The notes under the pieces were generated by a model, which was given only the letters and a program-made list of their open reading frames with translations, made no database searches and had not been told where the DNA came from. From NCBI GenBank assembly GCA_965153285.1, contig OZ229112.1: a DNA stretch of 64,000 bases; one strand, given 5' to 3'. The stretch's first letter is position 1. Every line of letters begins with the position of its first letter. The DNA is from Podarcis tiliguerta (lineage: Eukaryota). Made by a program: the position numbers and the translations under genes. This document shows, piece after piece, positions 1-11,898 of the stretch.

Positions 1-207
1 TCCAGGGAACTGATGAGCAGGTATCACCCAGAGCACTTAACTGAATGGTGTGGGTGGGTGTGTACAAGTTGACTGTTACTGAATTTCTGGTTATCACCAT
101 AACACACATTTGGGTGAATGAGGAGCAGCATGTCATTCTGGTGTGTGTTGCTAACAGAAGGGTTAGTTTTGGTCACCTCTTCTTGGATCCAATCTGATTT
201 TTTTTTC

Positions 208-684
208 TTCTGGGCACCACAGTTCAAGGACACTGACAAACTGGAACGTGTCCAGAGGAGGGCAACCAAAATGGTCAAAGGCCTGGAAACGATGCCTTAT
301 GAGGAATGGCTAAGGGAGCTGGGCATGTTTAGCCTGGAGAAGAGGAGGTTAAGGGGTGATATGATAGCCATGTTCAAATATATAAAAGGATGTCACATAG
401 AGGAGGGAGAAAGGTTGTTTTCTGCTGCTCCAGAGAAGCGGACACGGAGCAATGGATCCAAACTACAAGAAAGAAGATTCCACCTAAACATTAGGAAGAA
501 CTTCCTGACAGTAAGAGCTATTCGACAGTGGAATTTGCTGCCAAGGAGTGTGGTGGAGTCTCCTTCTTTGGAGGTCTTTAAGCAGAGGCTTGACAACCAT
601 ATGTCAGGAGTGCTCTGATGGTGTTTCCTGCTTGGCAGGGGGTTGGACTCGATGGCCCTTGTGGTCTCTTCCAACTATGATTCT
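208..684 (+). mobile_element. CR1 LINE, 5'-truncated 3' end (ORF2 C-terminus and tail)
   Basis: ORF 118..618 contains [89 protein letters not shown], the typical CR1 ORF2 C-terminus; ends in the CR1-type CTATGATTCT tail. Confidence 0.95.
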
Positions 685-2077
685 GTAATGACAACTTAAT
701 GTAAGCCCTACATGTGATAACAGTTCAACCATATGCAAACTTTCCTCCTACTGAAGTTGGTAATCTTTTCTGATTAAATGACTATCATGAAAAAAGCCAT
801 AACATGATGAAAGAAGGGTATGAAGTGATAGGTGCCAACATCCTTGAGTAGTCCTTGAATAAGTTAAAGAGCAGATTTGCCTCATGTGCCAGTTTGTGGA
901 CACAGGGACGAGACTGGGGGAAATCCCTTAAATACTTTGGGCTGTAGATATCTGAAGGGCTACATACTCCCATCTCACTGCACCTGTTTCTGCTTATCAG
1001 AAGACTGATGCCACTATACTCCAAATCTCTGGATGACACTTCCCAGTTTTTTGTATAGAATTAGTCCAAATTCTTCCCCCAAGCCATGCCCACCTTGTAT
1101 CAGATGTGGGGCAGGGCTCATGGTACCTACAAACCCTAAAGCCTTTGCCCACACAGTTTTATTTCAAACCACATGGAAAAAGGAAAGCACTTTACCTGAT
1201 CTCAAATGATCGACAGGTGGGTGTCAGATGACTGACATGGAAGTTGGGGACGTCAGGATCCAACCCACCAGCTGGATCCCATTTCCCATCCCTGTTCTAG
1301 GCCAGCACTCTTAACTTCTTCACCAAACTGCACTAAAATTTGCAGAAGGGAGGCAGTATAGGGATTATCTACCTTTTTTAAAAAAACAAAAGTTTTTTTA
1401 AAGATGTTTCCTTCCTTAGAGCTATGCACATACCATCTACAAAAAGAAAAGAAAAAAGATGAAGCCATACATATTGAAAAGATTAGTGTGAGCTTGGTAG
1501 TCGGTCTAATAATACATGCAAAAAGACCCAAAATGACAAATAAATCCTTTTAAAAATATACTGTAGTGAGCTGGAATAAAATAAACAGCAAGATGTGTGT
1601 TGCCAGGAAGTCATATGATCAAAGAGAATACACTGAATAGCTTATATCTATTCTTTCAGATAAAATGAGTAGTTCAATGCAGAGGTGTTGTGATCACTTC
1701 TGGTGGGGGGAAAACTTTGTATGCATGACTCAAAGATTCAATGGCTGGGAAAGACAGTGCTGGTTTTAAATAATAGTGTCAGTTCTGCGTGCGAGGTGGT
1801 ATGTGGTCATTGCTTGCAGTATCTTTCCAAATCATTTGAATGGAAATATTGGATTAGCTAACCTTGTGTCAGGTCTGTTAGTTAGATAAACTCTCCAACT
1901 GTTCCTGACTGAAAGATGCATAGCTGGGACTGAAAGCAGCTGCTGCTTTTTTATTCAAGTTTTTGTGAACTGTCTTACCATCATCATGTTTTTTAAAAAA
2001 TATAAAATAAAATAAAATGATTTATTAGACTGAAAGGGGATAACAAGCAAAAATTTCACAGCTTTGTCTTTTCACAG

Positions 2078-2136
2078 GGAGCTTCATCCCAGTAGGAAAT
2101 CCTTTTTGCCGAAGCCCGTCAGCTGGACTACACACG
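2078..2136 (+). CDS. AHI1: AHI1 coding exon preceding the SH3 exon (..SFIPVGNPFCRSPSAGLHT)
   Basis: ttttcacag acceptor, ACG|gtaagc donor, 59 nt ending in phase 0, which fits the phase-0 start of the SH3 exon; position matches the short human exon ending ...DTAPT; sequence similarity is weak. Confidence 0.75.
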
Positions 2137-2721
2137 GTAAGCAGCTCAGTATTCCTTTTTCTTTTTGCATATAACATTTTTTAAAAAAACTTTTTAAAAT
2201 CCTTCTTCAAAAGTTATCATTGTACAGGAGCTTTCTTATCCTTCCGTTCAGTCATAAAAGACCTGCCTTCCACAGAATCATTGTCCATGTAGGCTTTCTG
2301 GCTCCCGCAGTTGCTCTCTGAACAAAAGATCCACGATCAGCTTTGTGTACTATGCTTGTAAAACTCATTGCAATTAGGTATGCCTAGATCACAACTTTCT
2401 ATCCTTAGGATGTCTTTAGATACATAGTTGTGGAGAATAAGGAAAAGTGGACACAACAGGACCTGAACTTGTATGCTAATTCTTTGTACTTTCAATTGAG
2501 ACAGAGAGAGATTGACTCTAATTGAACTTTTGCTCATTGATTGTCTTATATTAAGCAGCATGGTTGCCACTTGTGTAATGTGTAGACTGAAATCTTAGTT
2601 GCACTTTGGGTTTTATTTACTTTAAAATAATAAAGAACCAGAGTTGTGAACAGGAAGGCTATTGTTAAACAAGATCACCTCATTTTAACCAATTGGTCTC
2701 CCAAAGGTTTCCCATACTTAC

Positions 2722-2725
<4 letters not shown>

Positions 2726-2752
<27 letters not shown>
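2726..2752. repeat. (CA)n microsatellite
   Basis: About 13 CA units. Confidence 0.95.
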
Positions 2753-5700
2753 TTATTATCATTATACAAACACACACTATGACCATTTTTTTGGTATGGG
2801 ATATGAGTTAAATTGTGTTGGGTTATTAACTCCTTTGTTACCCGTATCCAAAGATCATGAATAAGATTAAGGTGCTTCCTTTCCAGCTGTGAGTCTTGCA
2901 AAATAGCCATCCTACTTTGTTCCTCACCTTCTTCTGTTCCCTCCTTCACAAAATGCAGTGGCATAAATAATGCAGCACTTAATTACAGCAATCACATAAC
3001 CGGAGTGCCCTCCCCACCAATTCATTTCAGACCCGGGGAACAGCTTTGCTCATTCCCATCTTAAAGCACATATTTTCCTCTAATGTGGGCAAACATCTCA
3101 CCCTTAGTGCACTAGGGACCTCTCATCATACTCAAGAGAGGCTCTGGATTGGAGATGTTGATTTATTTATTTTTTAAGCTTTTGTTTACTGGTTTTCCAA
3201 GCTTCTTGTGCCCCTGGATAAAAGCATGATTTATATCTATAAGCTGTTTTCCCCCCTCAATTAGTGCAGAAACTAATTTTCTGGCTACATTGGCTCACAA
3301 ATTCCTGAGTGAGAATTACTTTCAGATATACCAGCCCAGAATAGCTGAAACCAAAGAGGGAAAAGTAAAGATGGGAAATTCATTATGGTATTCGTTAACT
3401 TTTTATGGTGCTGGTAGAAAACTTCTAACAGTATGTAAATTGACATCCTTTAAAGTTGAAAGTGAAGTGTTTCTGATTAAAGAGAAATGGATCAAAATAG
3501 TTTTGGAGTGTGTTTGAATAATCTTAGCAGTTGAATTATGTCACCTACTTTACAATTCATCCCTTTTTTAAAATCCCTGTAGGCTTTGTCGAAGCAGCTG
3601 TGTTTGCGTTTCTTTTTTGTGTTTGTACATTGCAGGACTCAGTAAAGTGCATCCTGGCACAGCTTTTCCTCTAGGCAGATTATAGATTCCCATGCTCATT
3701 AAATACTTAAAGGACTATAATCAAATCAGGATCATAGTCTTCTGAAAACCCAGGAAAGCAACAGTAGTAGCACCAGCAGTAATTTAATGATCTATGCCGT
3801 AGAAAGACCAACACATGACAGTAGTTTAGTTACTTTTTACAGGAGTTACTTATTCTGTAAGATTTTAACACAGTTGCTTCCTTTTCTTATCAATTGTTTA
3901 TAATCTGAATTTTTCTTCCCACCCTAAAACCTGACATTACATGAAAGTTCTGTCACTGTGAGCTTAGTTGCTTTAGACATCTCAGAACTCTATCTCTGTA
4001 ATTTATCTGGACAATAGGAATAATACTGTTTGGTTTCACAGAGCTGTTGTGAGGGTAAATGAATAAAATATTGTAAAAAGCACTTTTTCCAGTTTGAGTA
4101 TCTTAACCAGGATATTTGTTAATATTGAAAATAGGTGTCCAGTTGTGCCACAGACATCTGCTTCCTCAAACAAGGCTTATCCTTTCTCCCCATTCCTTGC
4201 AGACCCTATGCATCCCTAATACCTTTCACTGAGAATTAGGAGACCTCCCTGGAGTAGATTGGCAGGGTGCAAGAACATAAGGGGCAAAAGTGAATTCTCA
4301 TTACATATGATGACATGACACTGTATCTCACCCAATAATTGCCTCCTAAGGCTGCAGCCTTCTTTTCCTTGAAGGGCGTTTTAGGGCCCATTGGGTTTTT
4401 CAGATCTCCTTCTCAAAGCATAGACAGATAGGTTGGCCCTTGGAGAGGGAGATCTGACCTTGTAAGCTTCCTTAGTGAGGCTGTCAAAAGGACCACAGCA
4501 GGCATTCCTCTGATATTTCAGGGGGCTAAAGGGAGGTAGGTTGGGTTAGGCTATGGATCCAAAGCCCTCCTGTTCCCCAAAAAGCCACCAGAGCAGAGTT
4601 TGGGCTGCTATAGTTTATTTACCTACCACTGGAATCAAAGGGAGGAAAACTTTTCTGACCCCATTTTGGGAACTTTCCCCCCATGAAATGAGGGAAGAAG
4701 AAAAGCTGGAGCTTATATATTATGGTTTGTCCACTGCCTTTGGTTATCCATCCTTCAGCCGCTTTGAATCGCTTGTGCTCCTTTTACTTACTTATCTGTT
4801 TAATAAAGTAAGGAATATTCTTTGGACTGCTTTTATAGGGCGTTGTCCTCACAAAGTGACTTGCATTAAATGCAATTAAAAATTACATTTTTAAAAAATA
4901 AACAAACCTTTTAAAACCAATTCCAAGAGAGTATGAAACAATGTAAAGGAATCACTTGCAACAAATGAGTAGCTATGGCTCATTTGAAAGTCTGCACTGT
5001 AGGGGCAATATGTGATTCAGTATATTCATTCCATCCCCATCTATAAGAACCTTAATTCTTGTCTTTGATCAGTTTCTACAAGAAGCAGAGAGAACCTAAA
5101 AATTACAGCATAGTTACATTTTCACCATGCAGTTCAAGAACCCTGTGCATGTAACCAAAGGTATATCAGCTTGTCCAGTGCTATTCAGTCTTCCTCATTC
5201 AGCTTAATTTTGAGGGGAAGCTTGAAATATACAAAAGGATATGTTCACAGCCATTCCCTGCTGCTCAGGATGTATGGGAATCTTTTGCTCCACATCCAAA
5301 GGAAAGTGCTGAATTGGGATGGAGATGTAGAGTTCAGTAGTTCTCAACTTGTTCCATAGCTGGAAAACATGCCATCTGCCAGAGGCATGCCCGCTCTGAA
5401 ATTTAAATCTGACCCTATCCAAATAGTTCAAAATGTCTGTGGATTCTTCTGTATATTCTGTATATTTTGAACTAATATGGGAAACAAACAAGCCCCGCGG
5501 TAGGTAGGGATTAGTGCAGTAAAAAAATTAACTTGTATCCTTAATGAAGTTTATCTTTGAGATTTAAAGTTGCACAACATTCATAATTTGCTGTGATAAT
5601 TATTTTAATATAAAGTCCTGGAAATTAAATAACCTGCTACACATTTTCAATAAAGTAAAATTCCATGTGCAGCTTCACTATCAACATGTTTGTTTGTTTG

Positions 5701-5948
5701 TTTGTTTGTTTACAATCTCTTACCTGCACTTCATAACCAAAAGTAATACTAAAGGGGGCTAGAACAAGCTTCAAAGCAGAGACATTATAAAAGAGTGAAA
5801 TAAGTAAAATATAGCACAACAGAGAATCTCTTCAACAAAAGAATCTGGAAATATCCCAGAATAAATATATTTGTTCAATTTTTGAGCTCCTCAACTGAGT
5901 CTTCCATTCTCCATCTGGAAGCTGGTCTCTGTTCAGTGAAGGACCAGA

Positions 5949-6400
5949 GTGCCTATCTTTGCCAGCATCACAAATGTCAAATGGAGCAGTTGCAGTCTAT
6001 GCACTGTCATAGTCGAAGGGTGTTACCACCAGATTCCTTATGAAGAGAGAGCTTGCCCATGTGGAAGTAATGTGCCTGAAGATTTACCCCACTACTTACT
6101 GATTTGTCTAATCTACAAAGACTTAAGAGCAGCCTTGTTCAAAGATTTAAATCTCCCAGTTGAGAGATTGATTGGGTAGCTGATTAATTTTTATAAGGGA
6201 GCAAGTCCCCCTACACTTCTGTCTTGCTTTTAGAGCAACAATTTAAAGGAAAAAAGTTTGTGGGGATTAGTTAAGAGTTTGCTCCCCTAAAGAATTTATC
6301 TGACAGAATGTCTGGTTTAAACTATCATTTTAACTATGTAATCTATTCTGTTTTATGTATTTTGTTTTTTTTGTAATGGCTTCAGCAACACAAATAATAG
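5949..6400 (+). mobile_element. Degraded non-LTR retrotransposon 3' end (C-terminal CCHC zinc-knuckle region)
   Basis: Translation IPYEERACPCG...EDLPHYLLICLIYKDLR resembles the C-terminal C-x-C...H-x4-C motif of LINE ORF2 proteins; clade not resolved. Confidence 0.6.
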
Positions 6401-7855
6401 TTGTAAATGTTGCTGAACTCCAACTCACATGAGCCACAGCCAATCTGCTCAATGATCAGGGTGGATGGGAGGTGCTGATTTTTCAGTTTACCAAATTGTC
6501 TCTAGATGCCTTCCATGGACAGGTTTTGTGAAATTAAGAAGTAGAAATGATACACTAATCACCGTTAAGTCCTTAAATGGAGGCTATGTATCATCCCAAT
6601 TCCAACAATTGAAAAGTAAAACACTTATTTCTTTAGGTGGAAGCACTTTGTATCCACATATTAATAAAGCTTTAATACAACATCTGGAAGCATTCAAAAT
6701 ATCCCTGGGCATGCTGAAGTTTTTAATCTATTATTTCCTAAAGCTTACCTCAGCTCAAGGAAGTTTGATGGGGCCTTTGGAGAGCTCATAAATATCTTTT
6801 TGAAAAGAATTATAATGAGAATAGTAATCATCATCATCACCATGACTCATCACTGAGTAACAAGAGCCACTCCTTCCCTTCGGGTAAAACTCACCGCCTT
6901 GACAGTGTTGCTACTCTACAAATGCTCATATCAAGGAATGAAGAGCCAAGAATAAGCTCAAACTTGCCCTTTCTGGATGGCTGCACTGAGAAATGACAAT
7001 TAGGTAAATCCACTGGTTCTCTGCTATAAGAGCCAAACCAGGCCTGATTTGTGTGTTTAAACCTGGATCAGCTGCAGTTCATTAGAAAGACTGAAAGGCT
7101 TGGTTTGAACAGCAAAAAGGGGTGCATGGGTGAGGAGCACAAAACTTCCTTGCAAGATGTAGCTTACCGTCCTTCAGCTTCTTTCAACAAGTGTTTTCCC
7201 TTCCTCCCCCCCCCCCCCCCAAGGCTCACTTTCTAGTATTAAAGCCCAGCTGAGGGTAATATGCTTTTCTGGCTGCAGGGTGGCAAGACATGAAAAAGGG
7301 GAGGGTTCAGCAGCCCTCGTCTCCCTGATCTTTTGCTGATCAAACCACCCCCACTGCATTTTTTATGGGTGTAGGTCAAAGCACACATTTGCCACCATCA
7401 CATCTATTTTACCTAACTGAGATCTAGTATTCCCTAATTTTTTATTTTATTTATATCCTACCCTTCCTCCCTGAGAACCCCAGAGTGGCAAACACTAAAG
7501 CGATAACACAAAGTATTTAAAAATAAATTAATGCCCCATTTAAAACATTAAAAAATAAGGTTTTTAAAAATGTAAAACATTCACATACCCTCACAGGTAA
7601 TAAATTCAAGGTTGCTGAGATCTTCCAGTCATCAAATACCTTGGAGACTCCACTATTGCCCTACCCTCTCCATGCCGGCCTGAAGCTTGCTAATTCCTCC
7701 TCCCTCCATTGGAACAATCAGAGCAGGCCATAACGGTGGCTAGTCCACACCTCTCACCCTGGGCAGCAGAAGCCAGCAGGGTTTGGAAGGGGTGGACAAG
7801 CCACAACTTTACACCACTCCCTACCTGCATTAATGCAATCTATTCCTGTTAAATA

Positions 7856-8070
7856 CAGTGATACCTCGGGTTAAGTACTTAATTCGTTCCGGACGTCCGT
7901 TCTTAATCTGAAACTGTTCTTAACCTGAGGTACCACTTTAGCTAATGGGGCCTCCTGCTGCCACCGTGCAATTTCTGTTCTCATCCTGAAGCAAAGTTCT
8001 TAACCCGAGGTACTATTTCTGGGTTAGTGGAGTCTGTAACATGAAGCATCTGTAACCTGAGGTACCACTG
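7856..8070. mobile_element. Tc1/mariner (pogo/Tigger-like) MITE
   Basis: TIRs CAGTGATACCTCGGGTTA and TAACCTGAGGTACCACTG (16/18 match), flanked by TA on both sides; internal TAACCYGAGGTAC repeats. Confidence 0.9.
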
Positions 8071-8554
8071 TAATTTCTTCCAGAATGCTGAGTTTCCAGC
8101 AGCACCTGTCCAAGAAACAGTAAGTACCAGGCAACTTTTAAAATCTATTTACTCTATTGTGTGTTGATTTTTCATTTTAGCAATTGTTACATTTTAGAAG
8201 CACTTGTTACAAGTGCTTCTAAAATGAAGTGTTCTTCAACACTTGTTTTAGAAATACATTGCCTCTATTTAACACAAGATTACTCAGATTATCAATTGTA
8301 TATAAAATGGAATTAACAAAACAGTGGTGTGCACTTTTAAGTATTTCTTTAAAATCAGTTACATTGCATGGATAGGGGCCATTGTGTACAAAAGGAGAAG
8401 GCTCTACTACAACTCCCCTTCCACAAATCCCATTCTCCTGCAAATGGAACAAAATTGTTGGATGTCACCCATCAGATATAACAAATTCTTTAACACTCAG
8501 CTATTCATCAAGTGAGAAAACAAGCAAACTTTTCTTGTCACTAAGCTTCTGGAT

Positions 8555-8920
8555 AAGGGACGCGGGTGGCGCTGTGGGTTAAAGCCTCAGCACCTAGGAC
8601 TTGCCGATCGCATGGTCGGCGGTTCGAATCCCCGCGGCGGGGTGCGCTCCCGTCGTTCAGTCCCAGCGCCTGCCAACCTAGCAGTTCGAAAGCACCTCCG
8701 GGTGCAAGTAGATAAATAGGGACCGCTTACCAGCGGGAAGGTAAACGGCGTTCCGTGTGCTGTGCTGGCTCACCAGATGCAGCTTATCACGCTGGCCACG
8801 TGACCCGGAAGTGTCTGTGGACAGCGCTGGCTCCCGGCATATAGAGTGAGATGAGCGCACAACCCTAGAGTCTGGCAAGACTGGCCCGTACGAGCAGGGG
8901 TACCTTTACCTTTATCTTTT
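8555..8920 (+). mobile_element. Sauria-type SINE, full length, with 13-bp TSD
   Basis: tRNA-derived head with A box TGGCGCTGTGG (8567-8577) and B box GTTCGAATCC (8622-8631), TACCTT-type repeat tail, TSD TAAGCTTCTGGAT at 8542-8554 and 8921-8933. Confidence 0.92.
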
Positions 8921-10408
8921 TAAGCTTCTGGATTCTCTTCTTCAAAATAATGAACTGATGTCAGGAATTATATTCTAATAACTCCAGTGACAGAGAGAGC
9001 ATGTATAACGTTCTTTATTATTATGCAGTCCATTGAGCCTTTCGTCAAATTTTTATTTTTACCTTAGGTGCCCTGTACGTTTTCTAGTTATTGCTGAAGA
9101 TTTATTAATATTTGCAAACGAGATTAGGTAACATCATATATTTTGCAATTATTTAATGGAATGACATCCTGCCTTTTGGAAAGATTTTTTTTTTGGGGGG
9201 GGGAATCCCCATAAGTACTATGTCATAAATTCCATCTTCATCTTTTTTTGCTATCTAGTTTCCTCTTACAATACAGATGTTCTAAGTAGTGGCAAAGGGT
9301 TATCAGTGAGCAAAAACAATTCTGTCTTCCCACAGCCACTCATGAAGAACCATCACATGATAGCTGCTTTTCATTACACCATTGGTGTAGAAGCCTGTTA
9401 TTACAATGCCTGTTATTACAATGCCATCAAGAAGTCGCCTAAAAAATGGGTTTGCGGTGATGTCCCAACACTGGGCTTCTCTACATGGAAAAGGCATTTT
9501 TTATAAGATGTAATGCAGTGTAAAAATATCCAACATGCCATGGCAATTCATTTGTGAACTGATCTAAATGCTAGCTTGCAGTGACATAGTCAAGGTTGGG
9601 GGGGGGGGGTTCTGCTTTGAGTTGCTGCAAGTAAGTGGATTCTTAAACACACATAGTTTCCATGCATTATGATTTAAGGACGCCCACAGCACAAAGTAGC
9701 TTGTCATGTGCAGCAGCCTTTAAAAATGCAGATCAAATGGATTGCTCTGCTAAACTCATCAGAATGCACCACCATATAGGCGACTTTGCCAAAATAAGTC
9801 TTTTACCTAATTTTTGAAATTGCTTTATGTAAACATAACCATCTTTACAGCAAGATCAGTATGCTGTCTAAGTAAATAATATGAAGTGTTGTACTGAGCA
9901 ATATCAAACTTTTATCATTAAATTGTGATTTTTTAAAAGTCATCTAAAGTGCAGTAGAAAAATCATCAATGCAGCATTTCCCAAAATGTTCTGAAAGAGT
10001 TTCCTTCTAGCAAAACTACCTCATATCGCAAATGTTCATTCCAATATGTTATTTTGTACCTCCAGGCAGATGAGTTCACAAATAAAGTAGGCTCTGAGAG
10101 TGGTATAACAATTCTGAGAAAGTAAATGTATCAAACATTATTTGCTTATAGAACCAGCAGCTGCTGTTGTTTTTTTGAAGCTAATCTTGGTGCCTTTGAA
10201 TGTTCTTAACTCTTTCTTGAATCCCACAACCCCTTTATCTTCCTTCTCCTGCTGTGTTCCCACCAGCCCCAAAACCTGAGACAGCCTCAGCTCTCACCCA
10301 AGTGTAGCTTTGGTTACAGCAATTTTTCTATTAGAGGAAGTGAATGTTGGTGTTTCGTCTCTGTGGTGCATTTGTGATAAAGCTGTGGTGGTCTTATCTC
10401 TTTCGTAG

Positions 10409-10571
10409 GTAGTGGCTCTTTATGACTACACAGCGCATCGATCAGATGAGCTAACCATTCATTGCAGTGACATTATCCAAGTGTTATACAAAGATAATGA
10501 TAACTGGTGGTTTGGCAGCCTGGCGAATGGACAGCAAGGCTATTTTCCAGCCAATTATGTGGTTGGCGAAA
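10409..10571 (+). CDS. AHI1: AHI1 SH3-domain exon ([54 protein letters not shown])
   Basis: SH3 signatures ALYDY, WW and GYFPANYV; closely matches the AHI1 SH3 (human [31 protein letters not shown]); tttcgtag acceptor, A|gtatgt donor, 163 nt; convergent adjacency to MYB is the known vertebrate synteny. Confidence 0.96.
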
Positions 10572-11800
10572 GTATGTATAATGCTTCTCCCTAGTATTTT
10601 TCTGCTTGTGGGGCCTTAACTGATTATCAGAGATTTGTCATTCTGTGCCGGTGTGCTGATGTATTCAGCATACATCTGATATATTAAAATAATTAAAGTA
10701 GGATTAAATGTGAAATTTGAACAAGCATGCACTAGTCTGACCAACAAACAAGAAAGTGAAGAGCTACCACACACTGAGACTACCCTAACTACCTTATATT
10801 GTTCACTCTAACCTCGTTGTAGAATGTTGTTAGAGTGAACAAGGTTTCAAGGCAGAGAGTTGCCCTCTCTTGCTGACTGCCATCACCTTATAACGGAAGA
10901 TGTTGAAGCTGCTATCTTAAATGTTTAAAGCATGCACTCTGCTGAACATTTGGTTTTGTCTAAAAATTGAGGTTAGAATATATGCCCTTTTTATTTTTTT
11001 AAAAAAACAGGGATAACAAGCACTATTTTAAAAGGCATTCCCCCCTTTATATTGTGAAGGAAGGCATGCCTTTTCATATGGGAGGAGATGTCTGATACAA
11101 TGGGTGAAAGTCACCTATGGAGCCCTGTCAGTGGAAGCCTTCTGCCAGGACTTTCAAAACTAAAATCATATGATTAAGATTTTTTTTTAATTAAGCAAAT
11201 GTTCTCAAAGAAGATAACCACAAGTGCATTCACAGACTTAACAGTCTCGGCATAATCCGTACATGTCTATAAGTGTCTCTTTCCTTACAAAAGTGTCCAT
11301 ATTACTTATTACTGAGAACTGTACCCACTGATGTTAGAATTAGTCTCCACACCAGAGGGCACCCTATGCAAAAGTCCATCTATTAAATCCCCATTTTTAA
11401 TTATTTCCAATAACTGCTATCCATATACCTCTAAATGTTTGGTATCTATATGATGAACTCATGAACGGATGGAACCGAGGTATATGGTAAACGTATAGCA
11501 GTGAGCAAAGGCAGTTGGCTATTCATTTTCCCAGTGTTTTGTAGTCTCCCTTCCAAATGTTGCAGTATTGATTATGTATAGAGATGGAGAGTACAGATGT
11601 ATGGAGAGAGACAGCAGGCACTTCTTTCTGTATCATATACAACAGCCAGGGAAGTACTATAAAAATCAATAACCTTGAGTTACTGAAATGGGTATATTGA
11701 ATAACGATGGAGAAGCTGACCCCAAAATGCTATGGATCAAGTTAGATTATCTCTTTAGTGCCATGTTAGTCATAATTAATTACTTATGATTCATTTTCAG

Positions 11801-11898
11801 CACAATATGAAGAACAACTATCTTCAGGTTTGGCCGAAGATTCTACTCCTCTTCTTTTCAGTGAACTGGGAGAATCAGCATCACCAGCTATGCCTGGG
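11801..11898 (+). CDS. AHI1: AHI1 post-SH3 exon (TQYEEQLSSGLAEDSTPLLFSELGESASPAMPG)
   Basis: cattttcag acceptor, GGG|gtaact donor, 98 nt, phase 1 to 0, open frame continuing the SH3 exon. Confidence 0.85.

Noticed and set aside
118-618. 166-aa ORF as a host gene
   Set aside because: It is the CR1 ORF2 C-terminus fused by chance to intronic sequence
7856-8070. CRISPR-like repeated TAACCYGAGGTAC motifs
   Set aside because: Irregular spacing inside a TIR-bounded MITE in eukaryotic DNA
8555-8640. tRNA gene
   Set aside because: The A and B boxes belong to the SINE head, which continues into the SINE body, tail and TSD
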